Below, piece by piece: positions 8,760 through 18,713 of a stretch of DNA of 64,000 nt (the stretch's first letter is position 1; the number at the start of each line of letters is the position of its first letter). Both the position numbers and the translations under genes were made by a program. The notes under the pieces were generated by a model. It worked only from the letters and a program-made list of their open reading frames with translations, ran no database searches and had not been told where the DNA came from. Source of the DNA: Bacilli bacterium (GTDB lineage Bacteria; Bacillota_I; Bacilli_A; RF39; UBA660); assembly GCA_017887425.1 (NCBI GenBank), contig JAGHHZ010000031.1, positions 16,019 through 80,018 of the forward strand, read 5' to 3'.

Positions 8760-10625
8760 ATGTGGGATTGGATTGTAAACCTTGTTAGACAGTTTTTCTT
8801 TATGCTGGATAGGGTTATCTATTCGTTTATTGTTACTGTTTATAATTTATTTGTTGATATAGCTGAAACTTCAATTTTTACAGAAGAAGTAATTGATTTA
8901 TTTGCTTCAAAGGTATATGCACTTTTGGGGATTTTTATGTTGTTTAAGGTTTCTTTTTCCATCCTTTCATATATTGTTAGTCCAGATGATTTTTTAGATA
9001 AAACTAAAGGATTTAGTAAAATGATTAGTAATATAATAATTACTTTAACTTTACTTATTGTAACTCCTTGGATTTTTACACAAGCTATGGATATTCAAAG
9101 AATTATACTAAGGGATAATATCATTGGTAAAATATTTTCTACTGCAGAAATAAACACAAATGCTATAACGGATCCGGGCAATACTATGGCCTATGAAACC
9201 TTTAAGGCGTTTTATCATTTAGATACGGATACTTATTCAGAATGTCAAGGGCTTGAACAAGCCACTGCAGAACAAATAACCGGAGGTTCTTTTGACTCTT
9301 GTAAGAGCGTTGGATTTAATAATGCTGATAATTTTGAGGCAATGGCTCAAAGTTTAAGATACGCTTATAATACAAACAGTATTTCTATTTATATGGATGG
9401 AGATTTATTAAATCAAAGAGCTAATGATGATGGTTATGTTATGAGTTATATGTATTTAATTTCAACTTTAGCCGGTGGTGCCGTATGTCTATTACTTATT
9501 GTATTTTGCTTTGATATAGCTGTTAGAAGCGTTAAGCTAGGATTTTTAAGAATGATTGCACCTATTCCGATTGTGTCAAGAGTTGATCCTAAAAAAGGTA
9601 AAGAAGTTTTTGATAAATGGGTTAAAGTTTGTATAAGTACCTATTTAGATTTATTTATTAGATTACTTGCTATATATTTTGCTATTTTTGTTATTACACA
9701 AATGATTGATTTACGTTTCGTCGACGCGGTTACAGGTTTAGAAACTGAAGTCAATGCTTTTGTTAAAGTATTTATTATATTAGGTGCATTGTTATTTGCT
9801 AAACAATTACCTAAATTAATTGAAGATTTAACTGGATTAAAGATGAGTGGCAAATTCACTTTGAATCCATTAAAAAAGTTAGGTGAAGTGCCTCTTGCTG
9901 GAGGAGCTTTAGCTGCGGGTGCTGTTATGGCTACTGGAGGAGCTTTAGCTCTTGGCCGTGGAGGAGCTAATTTAATTGGCGGCGGATTAAAGAAAGGTGC
10001 AGGAACTGCTCTTAACAAGATATCTGGTGGTAGAGTTGGCTCTGGACTTATGAACTCTGGTAATAGAACATTAGGCAATACTGTTTCAGCAATGCAAAGA
10101 CGTTGGAGCCGGTCTGGAGAAGAAGCAAGAGGTAGATTTTCCGCATCAGGATTTGCCGGAGGCGAGTTTAAGGGAGATACCGCTCATGCAATGTATAAAA
10201 AGGAGCGACAAGAAAGAGCTAAGAAAGAAAGACAAGCTGATATGGATATTACCGCTCAAAGAAATTTATGGGATTTAGGTGATCGATCTAATGCGGTTTC
10301 ACTTGGAGCTGGTAGCTCCGCAGCTGATTATAAAAGAGCAGGGTTTAAAAGTGATGAATTTATTAGATCTTTACAAACTATTGAGTCCAATAAAGCTGCT
10401 CTTGATACAGCTCGTGTAGCTTGGCGTCAAGCACAATATAATTTTGAGCATGGCGTGCCAGGTACCACTGCAGCAACTGTGGCTGCAGCAGAAAGCGCTT
10501 TCGAAAAAGCACAAAAAGCTGTTTCATCTGCTGAAGAAAATCATTCTAAATTCATAGCTCCAAGACATGCTCAAGATGCTGAATTAGAACGTGCAAGAAA
10601 AGTTGCAAAAGGTGCAAGACCATAA
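8760..10625 (+). CDS. VirB6/TrbL-like polytopic membrane protein with Gly/Ala-rich and coiled C-terminal extension
   Basis: Multiple TM helices in the first ~390 aa. Sits immediately upstream of VirB3-like and VirB4 genes, the same order as in the second element (57488-59090). The tail is GGALAAGAVMATGGALALGRGGANLIGGG. Confidence 0.55.
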   Translation: MWDWIVNLVRQFFFMLDRVIYSFIVTVYNLFVDIAETSIFTEEVIDLFASKVYALLGIFMLFKVSFSILSYIVSPDDFLDKTKGFSKMISNIIITLTLLIVTPWIFTQAMDIQRIILRDNIIGKIFSTAEINTNAITDPGNTMAYETFKAFYHLDTDTYSECQGLEQATAEQITGGSFDSCKSVGFNNADNFEAMAQSLRYAYNTNSISIYMDGDLLNQRANDDGYVMSYMYLISTLAGGAVCLLLIVFCFDIAVRSVKLGFLRMIAPIPIVSRVDPKKGKEVFDKWVKVCISTYLDLFIRLLAIYFAIFVITQMIDLRFVDAVTGLETEVNAFVKVFIILGALLFAKQLPKLIEDLTGLKMSGKFTLNPLKKLGEVPLAGGALAAGAVMATGGALALGRGGANLIGGGLKKGAGTALNKISGGRVGSGLMNSGNRTLGNTVSAMQRRWSRSGEEARGRFSASGFAGGEFKGDTAHAMYKKERQERAKKERQADMDITAQRNLWDLGDRSNAVSLGAGSSAADYKRAGFKSDEFIRSLQTIESNKAALDTARVAWRQAQYNFEHGVPGTTAATVAAAESAFEKAQKAVSSAEENHSKFIAPRHAQDAELERARKVAKGARP

Positions 10626-10645
10626 TAAAAAGGGTGTGATAATTT

Positions 10646-10963
10646 ATGAATAGTTTTTTAATACCAGCGAATGCAAAAAAATCTATGTTAATATTTGGTT
10701 TATTTACTAAATTTGATTTGATATTATTTTTAATAGGAATTGGGGCTTCTTTGTTAATGCTAGTCGTATTACCCGTTGAACAAATAGCAGTAGCAATAAT
10801 TGCTTTATTACCGGCATTAGTAACAGGGTTCTTGGTTATGCCAGTTCCTAATTACTATAATATGCGAACTTTACTTAGTTCGGCCATTCAATTTTTTATG
10901 AATCAAAGAAAATTCAAATGGAAAGGTTGGTGTGTTCCTCATGGCGAAAGCAAAAAAAGGTAG
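10646..10963 (+). CDS. PrgI/VirB3-like small membrane protein
   Basis: 105 aa. The N-terminus IPANAKKSMLIFGLFTKFDLILF followed by two TMs matches the PrgI-type pattern. Overlaps the start of VirB4. Confidence 0.5.
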   Translation: MNSFLIPANAKKSMLIFGLFTKFDLILFLIGIGASLLMLVVLPVEQIAVAIIALLPALVTGFLVMPVPNYYNMRTLLSSAIQFFMNQRKFKWKGWCVPHGESKKR

Positions 10964-11486
10964 ATATACAAATGATGATGTACCTGTAAAAGAAATAAAA
11001 AATGGTTATATCATATTGGATAACGGACTAAAAGTAACTGGAGTTAAAATAATGCCAAGAAATATTTTCATTCTAGATCAACAAACTCAAGATGCTATTA
11101 TTGCCAATTTAAGAACGGTTTATAATACAATCGATTATGAATTTTGGATTATTTGTGCTGATAGACCAGTTGATATCCATGTTTACTTATCACAACTAGA
11201 ACTTTTATACAATAATGTTGGTAATCCGATTAAAAGAAAATTAATCATGGAAGATATTAATAAAGGTAATATGTTTATGAATAATAATATTGTCGATACA
11301 GAATATTTTCTATTGTTTAAAGAGAAAAAAGATGACTTAATTCAAAAAAGAATTAGAAATTTAATTAATACTTTAGCTGGAGCAGGATTAGTTGCTTATC
11401 AAACAACTAATGATGATTTACGAATGATTTTGGATAATTTTTTAAATGGTGGAGTAACCACTACGTTTGGGACGGTGTTAGGATAA
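10932..11486 (+). CDS. VirB4-type ATPase, N-terminal domain encoded as a separate ORF
   Basis: DDVPVKEIKNGYIILDNGLKVTGVKIMPRNIFILDQQTQ aligns by eye with the N-terminus of the intact VirB4 at 61916+ (FIPFQEVWNNCVFLDNNRIVGGIKIGSINLSLLFDEEQK). Ends in a TAATG overlap with the next ORF. Confidence 0.6.
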   Translation: MFLMAKAKKGRYTNDDVPVKEIKNGYIILDNGLKVTGVKIMPRNIFILDQQTQDAIIANLRTVYNTIDYEFWIICADRPVDIHVYLSQLELLYNNVGNPIKRKLIMEDINKGNMFMNNNIVDTEYFLLFKEKKDDLIQKRIRNLINTLAGAGLVAYQTTNDDLRMILDNFLNGGVTTTFGTVLG

Positions 11487-13270
11487 TGGATATAAAAACA
11501 CAGATAGCTCCTAAAGGGCTAGAATTTAGATCAAGTGACTTTGTTATAAGTGATAAACATGCAACTATTTTAACAGTAATATCTTATCCAAAATTTATTT
11601 CTCCAGGATATTTAGCTAATTTAACTAGTATGTCTGGAGTTAAGGTAGTAATTAAACATATACCTTTACCATTCAGCGTTATTCAAAGAATGTTAAATAA
11701 AGAAATAGCTGACTTGAAAGCTCGTTATCAAGAAGAAAATGATAAGACCATTCAAGAAAGAATTAGACAAGACTATGAGTCATTAGAATATTTTATTTCT
11801 CAATTAGTTAGTACTCAATCTAAAATTTTTGACTTCCAAATGCATGTTATGGTGACTGCTGATTCAGAAGAAGAATTAATTAGTAAAAAATTACAAGTAA
11901 GAAGTTATTTAGAAGCAATGGAAATGAAGGCATTCCCATTAAGATTTGAACAAGAGAGAGTTTTAAAATCAATTATTCCAATTTATCCAAAACAGCCGAT
12001 AGAAGATAGAATTGGTACACCAATTCCCGCACCAACAATTGCAGCTATGTTTCCATTTATTTTTGATAGTATTAAAGACCCAGGCTTATCATGTTTATTA
12101 GGTGTTGATTTTTCAGGTGGTGTAATATTATTTAACCAATTCTTATATCAAATAAGAAAAGAACACAACCGTAATAATGCTAATGTCATTATTTTAGGTA
12201 CATCAGGTTCTGGTAAGTCAACAGCTGCTAAATTATTGATTAGAACCCATATTAGAAATGATATTCAATTAGTTATAATTGACCCTGAAGGGGAATTTGA
12301 AGATATGGCAAGATTATATGGTGGAGACTTTATCGACTTAGGTAAAGGTGGAGAATTTGGTATGGTTAACCCATTAGAAATCATTATGGATGCTGATGAA
12401 GAAGAAATAAAACAAGGATTAGGATATACCGTTTTAACTCGTACTTTGCAATCTATTAAAGCTTTCATAAAATACTATGACCCAAGTACTGAGGAGGATA
12501 CAATCAATATGTTTAGTGAAATTGTTCAAGACACTTATCGTAGATTTGGAATTGATTTCACTACTGATTTTTCTAAATTAACGTCACAAGACTATCCAAC
12601 TTTAAAAGACGTATATGCAACAATTAGAGGTAAATTATTATCTATACCTGAAAAGACTCATGAAAAAGATGTCTTAGAAAAACTTGAGTTAAAAATTCGT
12701 CCTTTAGTTAAAGAGCTAAGATACTATTTCGATGGTCATACAACAATTAAACATCAAAGTAATTTCATCGTATTTAACATTAAAGAGTTAATGAATAGTG
12801 ATAAAAATATTAGAAATGCTTTATTCTTTAATATTTTGAAATATGCTTGGAGTTTAACTTTAAACCCTAATGTTAATACTGTTTTAACAGTTGATGAAGC
12901 ACATGTTTTAATTTCTGGTAGCAATGTTTTAGGAGCTGACTTCTTGGGTCAAATTCAAAGACGTGCTCGTAAGTATAACACAGGAACAATTATTATAACG
13001 CAACAACCATCAGATTTTAGTGACCCTTCTGTTATTACACAAGGTAAAGCTATATTTGATAATGCTTCTTACTATTTAATTATGGGATTAAAAAAGCAAG
13101 CTGTTGAAGACTTATCTAAATTAATCGATTTAAATGATAATGAGAAAGAAAGTATCAAAAGATATAACCAAGGAGAAGCTTTATTCGTCTGTGGTAGTAG
13201 AAGAATGCGTATTAATGTAGTTGCAACTGAACAAGAATTAGACTCATTTGGTAGTGGTGGAGGATTATAA
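11486..13270 (+). CDS. VirB4-type conjugation ATPase, central and C-terminal (ATPase) part
   Basis: Walker A ILGTSGSGKST and Walker B LTVDEAHVL. IAPKGLEFRSSDFVISDKHATILTVISYP aligns with IAPTGLKISEKDLIFGDAYISVITLRSYP of the second VirB4. Confidence 0.85.
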   Translation: MDIKTQIAPKGLEFRSSDFVISDKHATILTVISYPKFISPGYLANLTSMSGVKVVIKHIPLPFSVIQRMLNKEIADLKARYQEENDKTIQERIRQDYESLEYFISQLVSTQSKIFDFQMHVMVTADSEEELISKKLQVRSYLEAMEMKAFPLRFEQERVLKSIIPIYPKQPIEDRIGTPIPAPTIAAMFPFIFDSIKDPGLSCLLGVDFSGGVILFNQFLYQIRKEHNRNNANVIILGTSGSGKSTAAKLLIRTHIRNDIQLVIIDPEGEFEDMARLYGGDFIDLGKGGEFGMVNPLEIIMDADEEEIKQGLGYTVLTRTLQSIKAFIKYYDPSTEEDTINMFSEIVQDTYRRFGIDFTTDFSKLTSQDYPTLKDVYATIRGKLLSIPEKTHEKDVLEKLELKIRPLVKELRYYFDGHTTIKHQSNFIVFNIKELMNSDKNIRNALFFNILKYAWSLTLNPNVNTVLTVDEAHVLISGSNVLGADFLGQIQRRARKYNTGTIIITQQPSDFSDPSVITQGKAIFDNASYYLIMGLKKQAVEDLSKLIDLNDNEKESIKRYNQGEALFVCGSRRMRINVVATEQELDSFGSGGGL

Positions 13271-13290
13271 AATAAGCGGTGGTGATGTAA

Positions 13291-15825
13291 ATGAACGACG
13301 AACTAAATAATGGTTATAACCCTCAAAATATTCAAAATAATCAAAAAAACGAAAAAATTCCTGAACAAGGGAATTTTTCAGCATCACCAAATAATGAAAT
13401 TACGACATCTAATGTTCCTCCAACACAAAATAGATTAAATTCTCAAGGTGGCCTCCCTCCTAAAGAAGGACTGGGACAACCTGACAAAGGATTGAATAAT
13501 CCTAACAATAACGCAAAAAATAGTGCTAATAATGGTTTTAATCCCAATAGCAACCAAGTTAATCGAGGAAATCAAATAAGAAACAATCAAAATTTAAATA
13601 GACAAAATAAAATAAATCAAGCAAAGCAAGAAGTTTTAAAGAAAGGGGCTAAAGCAGCGGCGAATGCTGTTGCCGGTCCAGCTGCTGGAGCTGCTGTTGA
13701 TGCTCTATCCAAAACTAAAGCCGGGCAAAAGGCTTTAGATACAGCTTCTAATGCTTTATCACCGAACAAATTTAGCCCATTTTCTTTTTTCGGAAAGAAA
13801 AAGAAGAAAAATGAAGATGAAGAAGAAGCTACAGGAGAAGCAACAGTCGACATAGCTAAAAAGGTCATAGGATTTGGTGCAGTTGGAACTTTTGGTTTAA
13901 GTGGTTGTCTAACAATTATTGCTGTTCTTATGATTATAGTAATAATTATTTCGCCTTTATTTTATATTAATGAATTGATAAATTCAGCAGGAGAAGCTTT
14001 ATCTGATTTTGGTGAAAAGTTAGGTAACTTTTTAACATTTCGTGGTTGGTGTAATGATGAAGAATGTCAAGAAGTCGAGCAAAATAATTTTTACGAGCAT
14101 ATCAATGAAGTATATGATGAATATTTAGAAGATAAAAATGTAAGATTAAATGCAACTCTTTTAACAGCAACTTTAACTTATGCTGAGCCATTTACAACTC
14201 TTGATGATGAAGAAATTACGAGCATTGAAGATTTAGCAGCTACAAATTATATCGATTTTAGGAAAAGTGATAAAAAAGTTGAAGAATTAGCAACAAGGAT
14301 GGTTAGTTATTGTTGTTATGAAAATGGTAGTGAGTATGCTGCACCGAATGGTAAACATATGTGTCAAATAAGCAATCATAAAGACTATGATGATATTGAC
14401 TATGAATGTCCGGAAGATGTTTATGAAACAATTAATGGAGAAGAAGTTTTAGTAATAGATTATTCTGAAAGATATAAATTGGATATTGAGCGATATGAAG
14501 AATATTTAAGAGATGAGTTTGTTAGAAAATTTTATTATGAAGGTAAAGAAAATGCCGATGTTGATAGTAAAGTTGATAATACCGTTGACGAAATATTTTT
14601 AAGAGTAGCTATGTATGACGATATGAGTGGACAAAAGGGATTTACCAAAGTATATGCTTATTGTTCGGGAGTTACAGTCTTAGATTCTGGTGGTAACATG
14701 ATTGGTACTTATAATCTAGAGGAGTATGTCGCTGGTGTTGTAAGTGGTGAAGCTTATCCAGGACAAGATATGGAAGCTTATAAAGCACAAGCGGTTGCCG
14801 CTAGAACTTATGTCCTGAATAGGACTAATAACTGTAGTGAACCGATTGTAAGCAGTCAAAGTGCACAAGTATTTGAAGAAAATATAGCTGATTACGCTAG
14901 AGAAGCGGCTCAAGCGACCGAAGGACAAGTTTTATTATATAATGATAAAATATTCTCATCTGAATATGATTCTTATTGTTATAATGATAGTAGCTGTTCA
15001 TATGGAACAGATAGTAATGGAAAATATGTTGTGTATACTAGATTGCCAAATGGTGAAACGCATAAAGTTTATTTGAGTGATGAATACTTTAATATGGTTA
15101 ATGGTGGTCATGGTCGTGGTATGAGCCAGGTAGTTTCTTATGAAATGGCTGATAATGGTTCGACATATGATGAAATATTAAAATATTTCTATTCACCAGG
15201 AGTTACAATTTCGCAAATGGTCACAATCATGAATGGTGAATATGTTAGTACTAGTGGTATACCAATGGGTGTCGATGAGGTTAGAGCTAGATCGGATTAT
15301 TATGAGGCAATGGGAACAGTTAGTATTGGTGGCGTTAGTATCGATTTATCTTGGATTTATTCAAAAACACAGGGGTTATTTGGTGAATGTGTTTGGTATG
15401 CGAAGTCAAGAGCTTTAGAGATAATTTATAATTCTACTATGGATGATTTAACTAAAGCTAAAGCTTATCAAGCGATAACCAATGTTTATCAGAATGGTGA
15501 AGGATGGTATCGAGCGGCAGAATTAGATATTTTTGCTAAAAGTACAGATTATACTAAACCAGCGCCAGGAGCAATTGTTTCATGGTCTAGTAGTGTAGCT
15601 AATGGTGCTAGTCATAATTATGGACACGTAGCAATAATCGAAAGTGTTGACTATGAAAATCAAACTGTTGTTATTTCCGATGGTTGGAATGTTAGTAATA
15701 ATAACACACTAAATTGGAATAATTTCCGTCAAGATGTCCGAACTGTAGCTTTTGAAGATATACCATATTATTCTAACGGATATACTTTTAATGGTTATGT
15801 TTATCTTTTAGGAATTGGTGAGTAA
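13291..15825 (+). CDS. T4SS-associated cell-wall hydrolase: Asn/Gln-rich N-terminus, TM, SpoIID/LytB-like domain, C-terminal CHAP/NlpC-type domain
   Basis: The SpoIID signature is EEYVAGVVSGEAYPGQDMEAYKAQAVAARTYVL. The CHAP-like Cys lies in GECVWYAKSRA and the His in HNYGHVAIIESV. One TM at FGLSGCLTIIAVLMIIVIIISPLF. Confidence 0.8.
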   Translation: MNDELNNGYNPQNIQNNQKNEKIPEQGNFSASPNNEITTSNVPPTQNRLNSQGGLPPKEGLGQPDKGLNNPNNNAKNSANNGFNPNSNQVNRGNQIRNNQNLNRQNKINQAKQEVLKKGAKAAANAVAGPAAGAAVDALSKTKAGQKALDTASNALSPNKFSPFSFFGKKKKKNEDEEEATGEATVDIAKKVIGFGAVGTFGLSGCLTIIAVLMIIVIIISPLFYINELINSAGEALSDFGEKLGNFLTFRGWCNDEECQEVEQNNFYEHINEVYDEYLEDKNVRLNATLLTATLTYAEPFTTLDDEEITSIEDLAATNYIDFRKSDKKVEELATRMVSYCCYENGSEYAAPNGKHMCQISNHKDYDDIDYECPEDVYETINGEEVLVIDYSERYKLDIERYEEYLRDEFVRKFYYEGKENADVDSKVDNTVDEIFLRVAMYDDMSGQKGFTKVYAYCSGVTVLDSGGNMIGTYNLEEYVAGVVSGEAYPGQDMEAYKAQAVAARTYVLNRTNNCSEPIVSSQSAQVFEENIADYAREAAQATEGQVLLYNDKIFSSEYDSYCYNDSSCSYGTDSNGKYVVYTRLPNGETHKVYLSDEYFNMVNGGHGRGMSQVVSYEMADNGSTYDEILKYFYSPGVTISQMVTIMNGEYVSTSGIPMGVDEVRARSDYYEAMGTVSIGGVSIDLSWIYSKTQGLFGECVWYAKSRALEIIYNSTMDDLTKAKAYQAITNVYQNGEGWYRAAELDIFAKSTDYTKPAPGAIVSWSSSVANGASHNYGHVAIIESVDYENQTVVISDGWNVSNNNTLNWNNFRQDVRTVAFEDIPYYSNGYTFNGYVYLLGIGE

Positions 15826-15827
15826 TT

Positions 15828-16502
15828 ATGAAAAAAATTATATTTTTAAGTCTATTATTACTTATAGTAACCGGTTGTGATGTCCAATACGAATTGGAAT
15901 TTAATGATGAGACTTTGAATGAAACTATTCAGGTAACATTGGATAATTCAATGGAAAGAGAAATCGAACAAATACAAAATCGTCAAGTATATGCGATATT
16001 TAATAATTATGATCAAAATCTTTATAATGTTGATTATAGTAAAGGTTTAACTAATTTTAAAGCCACTTATACATATACTTATGAAGCAAGCAATTTTAAT
16101 CAATCATTATTTAACAATAATTGTTTTGATGCTTTTAGCTTTGTAAAACAAGATAATAATTATATCTTATCAACAAGTGAAGGCTTTAAATGTATGACTG
16201 TGGAATATTTTCCCATTGAAAATTTAAATCTCACTTTAACAACTAACCATGAAGTTATTGAAACAAATGCCGATAAAATTGAAGGGAGAAAATACATATG
16301 GGAAATTAATAATAATAATGCCGACGAAAAAGAAATATATATAAAATTTGGCGAAGTAAGACAAAGAAATTTTTTCGAAAAAATAATTGATTATATCATC
16401 GAAAACAAATTTACTTTTATAGTTGCTGGAACAATCATTTTATTGTTAGGGGTTAGTGTGACAACTATTATAATTATTAGTAAAAAAAATAATGAAATTT
16501 AG
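15828..16502 (+). CDS. lipoprotein with additional C-terminal TM anchor (T4SS accessory, function unknown)
   Basis: Lipobox LLLLIVTGC near the N-terminus. C-terminal TM FIVAGTIILLLGVSVTTIIII followed by SKKNN. Confidence 0.55.
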   Translation: MKKIIFLSLLLLIVTGCDVQYELEFNDETLNETIQVTLDNSMEREIEQIQNRQVYAIFNNYDQNLYNVDYSKGLTNFKATYTYTYEASNFNQSLFNNNCFDAFSFVKQDNNYILSTSEGFKCMTVEYFPIENLNLTLTTNHEVIETNADKIEGRKYIWEINNNNADEKEIYIKFGEVRQRNFFEKIIDYIIENKFTFIVAGTIILLLGVSVTTIIIISKKNNEI

Positions 16503-16552
16503 TTAATTATGTGATATACTGTTATATAGGAATAATTAAGAGGTGAACCTAA

Positions 16553-18712
16553 ATGAAATTAAAATTTAAAGCGTCAGCTAAAGACTATTTAATTTTTGTT
16601 ATATTTGCAATTGTTTTATTATATTTTGTTGCTATCGCAGTATTAAATCTTTCAAGTTTTGCAACTGATGGCCGTTTTCATGGATTTAATCCTTTTCCAG
16701 CTTTTTCTTCACAATTTATAGTTCCAACTATTGTTGGCTATATCTTTGCTCTTATTTTTATAATTACTAGTGTTTCATCTTATTTCTTTGATCGTGATAA
16801 AGGATTTGGTTTTAGTACGGGAGCTAAAGAAGAAAAAGGTTATGCTAGATGGGCTGATGAAAAAGAATTTAAAAAACAGGATAAAATTTATAAAGTTATA
16901 CCTAGTCAAGAAACTTGTGAACATGCAGGAATTCCACTAATCAACAATGGTAAAGAAATTTGGGTTGATGGTGGCGAGTATCACAACCTTATATTGGGTT
17001 CGACTGGTGCTGGTAAAACTCAAACTATGGTTCAACCAATGGTTCGTATTTTAGCTAAAAAAGGTGAATCAATGATTATCACTGACCCTAAAGGTGAAAT
17101 ATACGAAAATAATGCTGAAATGTTAAGAGAAAAAGGTTATAATATTGTTTTACTTAACTTTCGTGATCCCCAAAAAGGAAGCGCTTGGAATCCTTTAGGT
17201 TTACCTTATCAATTATACAAATCAGGGAATAAAGATAAAGCTAATGAGTTATTAGATGACTTAGCAATGAATATCCTATATGATGATAAAGCGCAAAGCC
17301 AAGATCCATTCTGGGAAAAAACTTCTGCTGATTATTTTACTGGTTTAGCTTTAGCATTATTTGAAGATGCTAAAGAAGAGGAAATAAATTTAAATACAAT
17401 TAACTTAATGACAACTGTTGGTGAAGAAAAAATAGGTAATACAACTTATATTAAAGAATATTTTGGCTATAAAGATAAGGCTAGTCCTGCTTACATTAAT
17501 GTTTCTTCAACCATTATGGCTCCTAATGATACTAAAAGTAGTATCTTATCAGTATTTAAACAAAAAATTAAATTATTCTCATCAAGAGAAAACTTATCAG
17601 AAATGTTAAGTCATAGTGATTTTGATTTAAAAGATATCGGGCGTAAAAAAACAGCAGTATTCTTAGTAATTCAAGATGAAAAGAAGACATATCACTCTTT
17701 AGTTACAATATTTATTAAACAGTGTTATGAAACATTAATCGATGTTGCTCAAGAATCAGGTGGTAAATTACCTTTTAAAACAAACTTTATCCTAGATGAG
17801 TTTGCCAATATGCCACCATTAAAAGATGTTACGACAATGGTTACAGCAGCTCGTAGTAGAAATATTCGTTTTACCTTTATTATTCAGAACTTTGCTCAAT
17901 TATATCAAGTATATGGTAAAGAAAATGGAGAAACAATTAAAGGTAACTGTGGTAATATTATTTACTTAATCAGTAGCGAATTAGCTTCACTAGAAGAAAT
18001 TAGTAAATTATGCGGTGAGGTTAAATCAAAAGAAAAAGATAAAACAGCTAGTACACCTTTAGTAACTGTTAGTGATTTACAAAGATTACCAGAAAATACA
18101 ATTATAGTTTTAAGAATTAGATCTATGCCTTTTAAAACTAAAGTTGTTCCTGACTGGAAAATTCAAAAAGAAGGTGGCTGGGGAAAATCTTATCCTAAAG
18201 CTACTTATCCAACGAGAGAAAAACAAGAAATTAAATTATTTGATTTAAAAGCTTACGTTGATGCTAAAAGAGAAACAAAATTAAATGATATGATGTCTTC
18301 ATTTAATCGTCCTCCAGTTCCTCCTGTCGCACCTCGTGATTCTAGACCGACCGGTGGAAATCAAAATAAGCCAATAAATCAACCAGTTAAAGAAGATAAT
18401 TTTGATATTGATGCATTAGTAAAGCGTATTGATGCTAAAATAGCTGAATTAGAAGAACAAGAAAAACAAGAACAATTAGCTAAAGCTCAAGGCAAGGCTG
18501 ATATCAAAGAAAATAAAGCAGATTCTCAAGATTCAAACTCTCAAATTATTGAAGATTCAAAAACTTCTACTGATGTTCAATCAATTTCAACTTCAACGGA
18601 AAATAAAGTTGTTGAAGAACCAAAGATTGTATTAAAAGAAGAAGAAAACAAAGTAATCAATGGTGTTACTGATGACCAATTCTTTGATGATTTCTTTAAT
18701 GATGAGGATTAA
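16553..18712 (+). CDS. type IV coupling protein (VirD4/TraG family)
   Basis: Two N-terminal TMs. Walker A ILGSTGAGKTQ and Walker B NFILDEFANM. Long Pro-rich then acidic C-terminal tail. Confidence 0.85.
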   Translation: MKLKFKASAKDYLIFVIFAIVLLYFVAIAVLNLSSFATDGRFHGFNPFPAFSSQFIVPTIVGYIFALIFIITSVSSYFFDRDKGFGFSTGAKEEKGYARWADEKEFKKQDKIYKVIPSQETCEHAGIPLINNGKEIWVDGGEYHNLILGSTGAGKTQTMVQPMVRILAKKGESMIITDPKGEIYENNAEMLREKGYNIVLLNFRDPQKGSAWNPLGLPYQLYKSGNKDKANELLDDLAMNILYDDKAQSQDPFWEKTSADYFTGLALALFEDAKEEEINLNTINLMTTVGEEKIGNTTYIKEYFGYKDKASPAYINVSSTIMAPNDTKSSILSVFKQKIKLFSSRENLSEMLSHSDFDLKDIGRKKTAVFLVIQDEKKTYHSLVTIFIKQCYETLIDVAQESGGKLPFKTNFILDEFANMPPLKDVTTMVTAARSRNIRFTFIIQNFAQLYQVYGKENGETIKGNCGNIIYLISSELASLEEISKLCGEVKSKEKDKTASTPLVTVSDLQRLPENTIIVLRIRSMPFKTKVVPDWKIQKEGGWGKSYPKATYPTREKQEIKLFDLKAYVDAKRETKLNDMMSSFNRPPVPPVAPRDSRPTGGNQNKPINQPVKEDNFDIDALVKRIDAKIAELEEQEKQEQLAKAQGKADIKENKADSQDSNSQIIEDSKTSTDVQSISTSTENKVVEEPKIVLKEEENKVINGVTDDQFFDDFFNDED

Positions 18713-18713
18713 T

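Noticed and set aside
10932-13270. Annotating the split VirB4 as a decayed pseudogene
   Set aside because: Both parts are full-length for their domains. The junction is a clean TAATG coupling at a linker, and all surrounding T4SS genes are intact. Inactivation cannot be asserted from sequence alone, so it is kept as two CDS and flagged as a finding.
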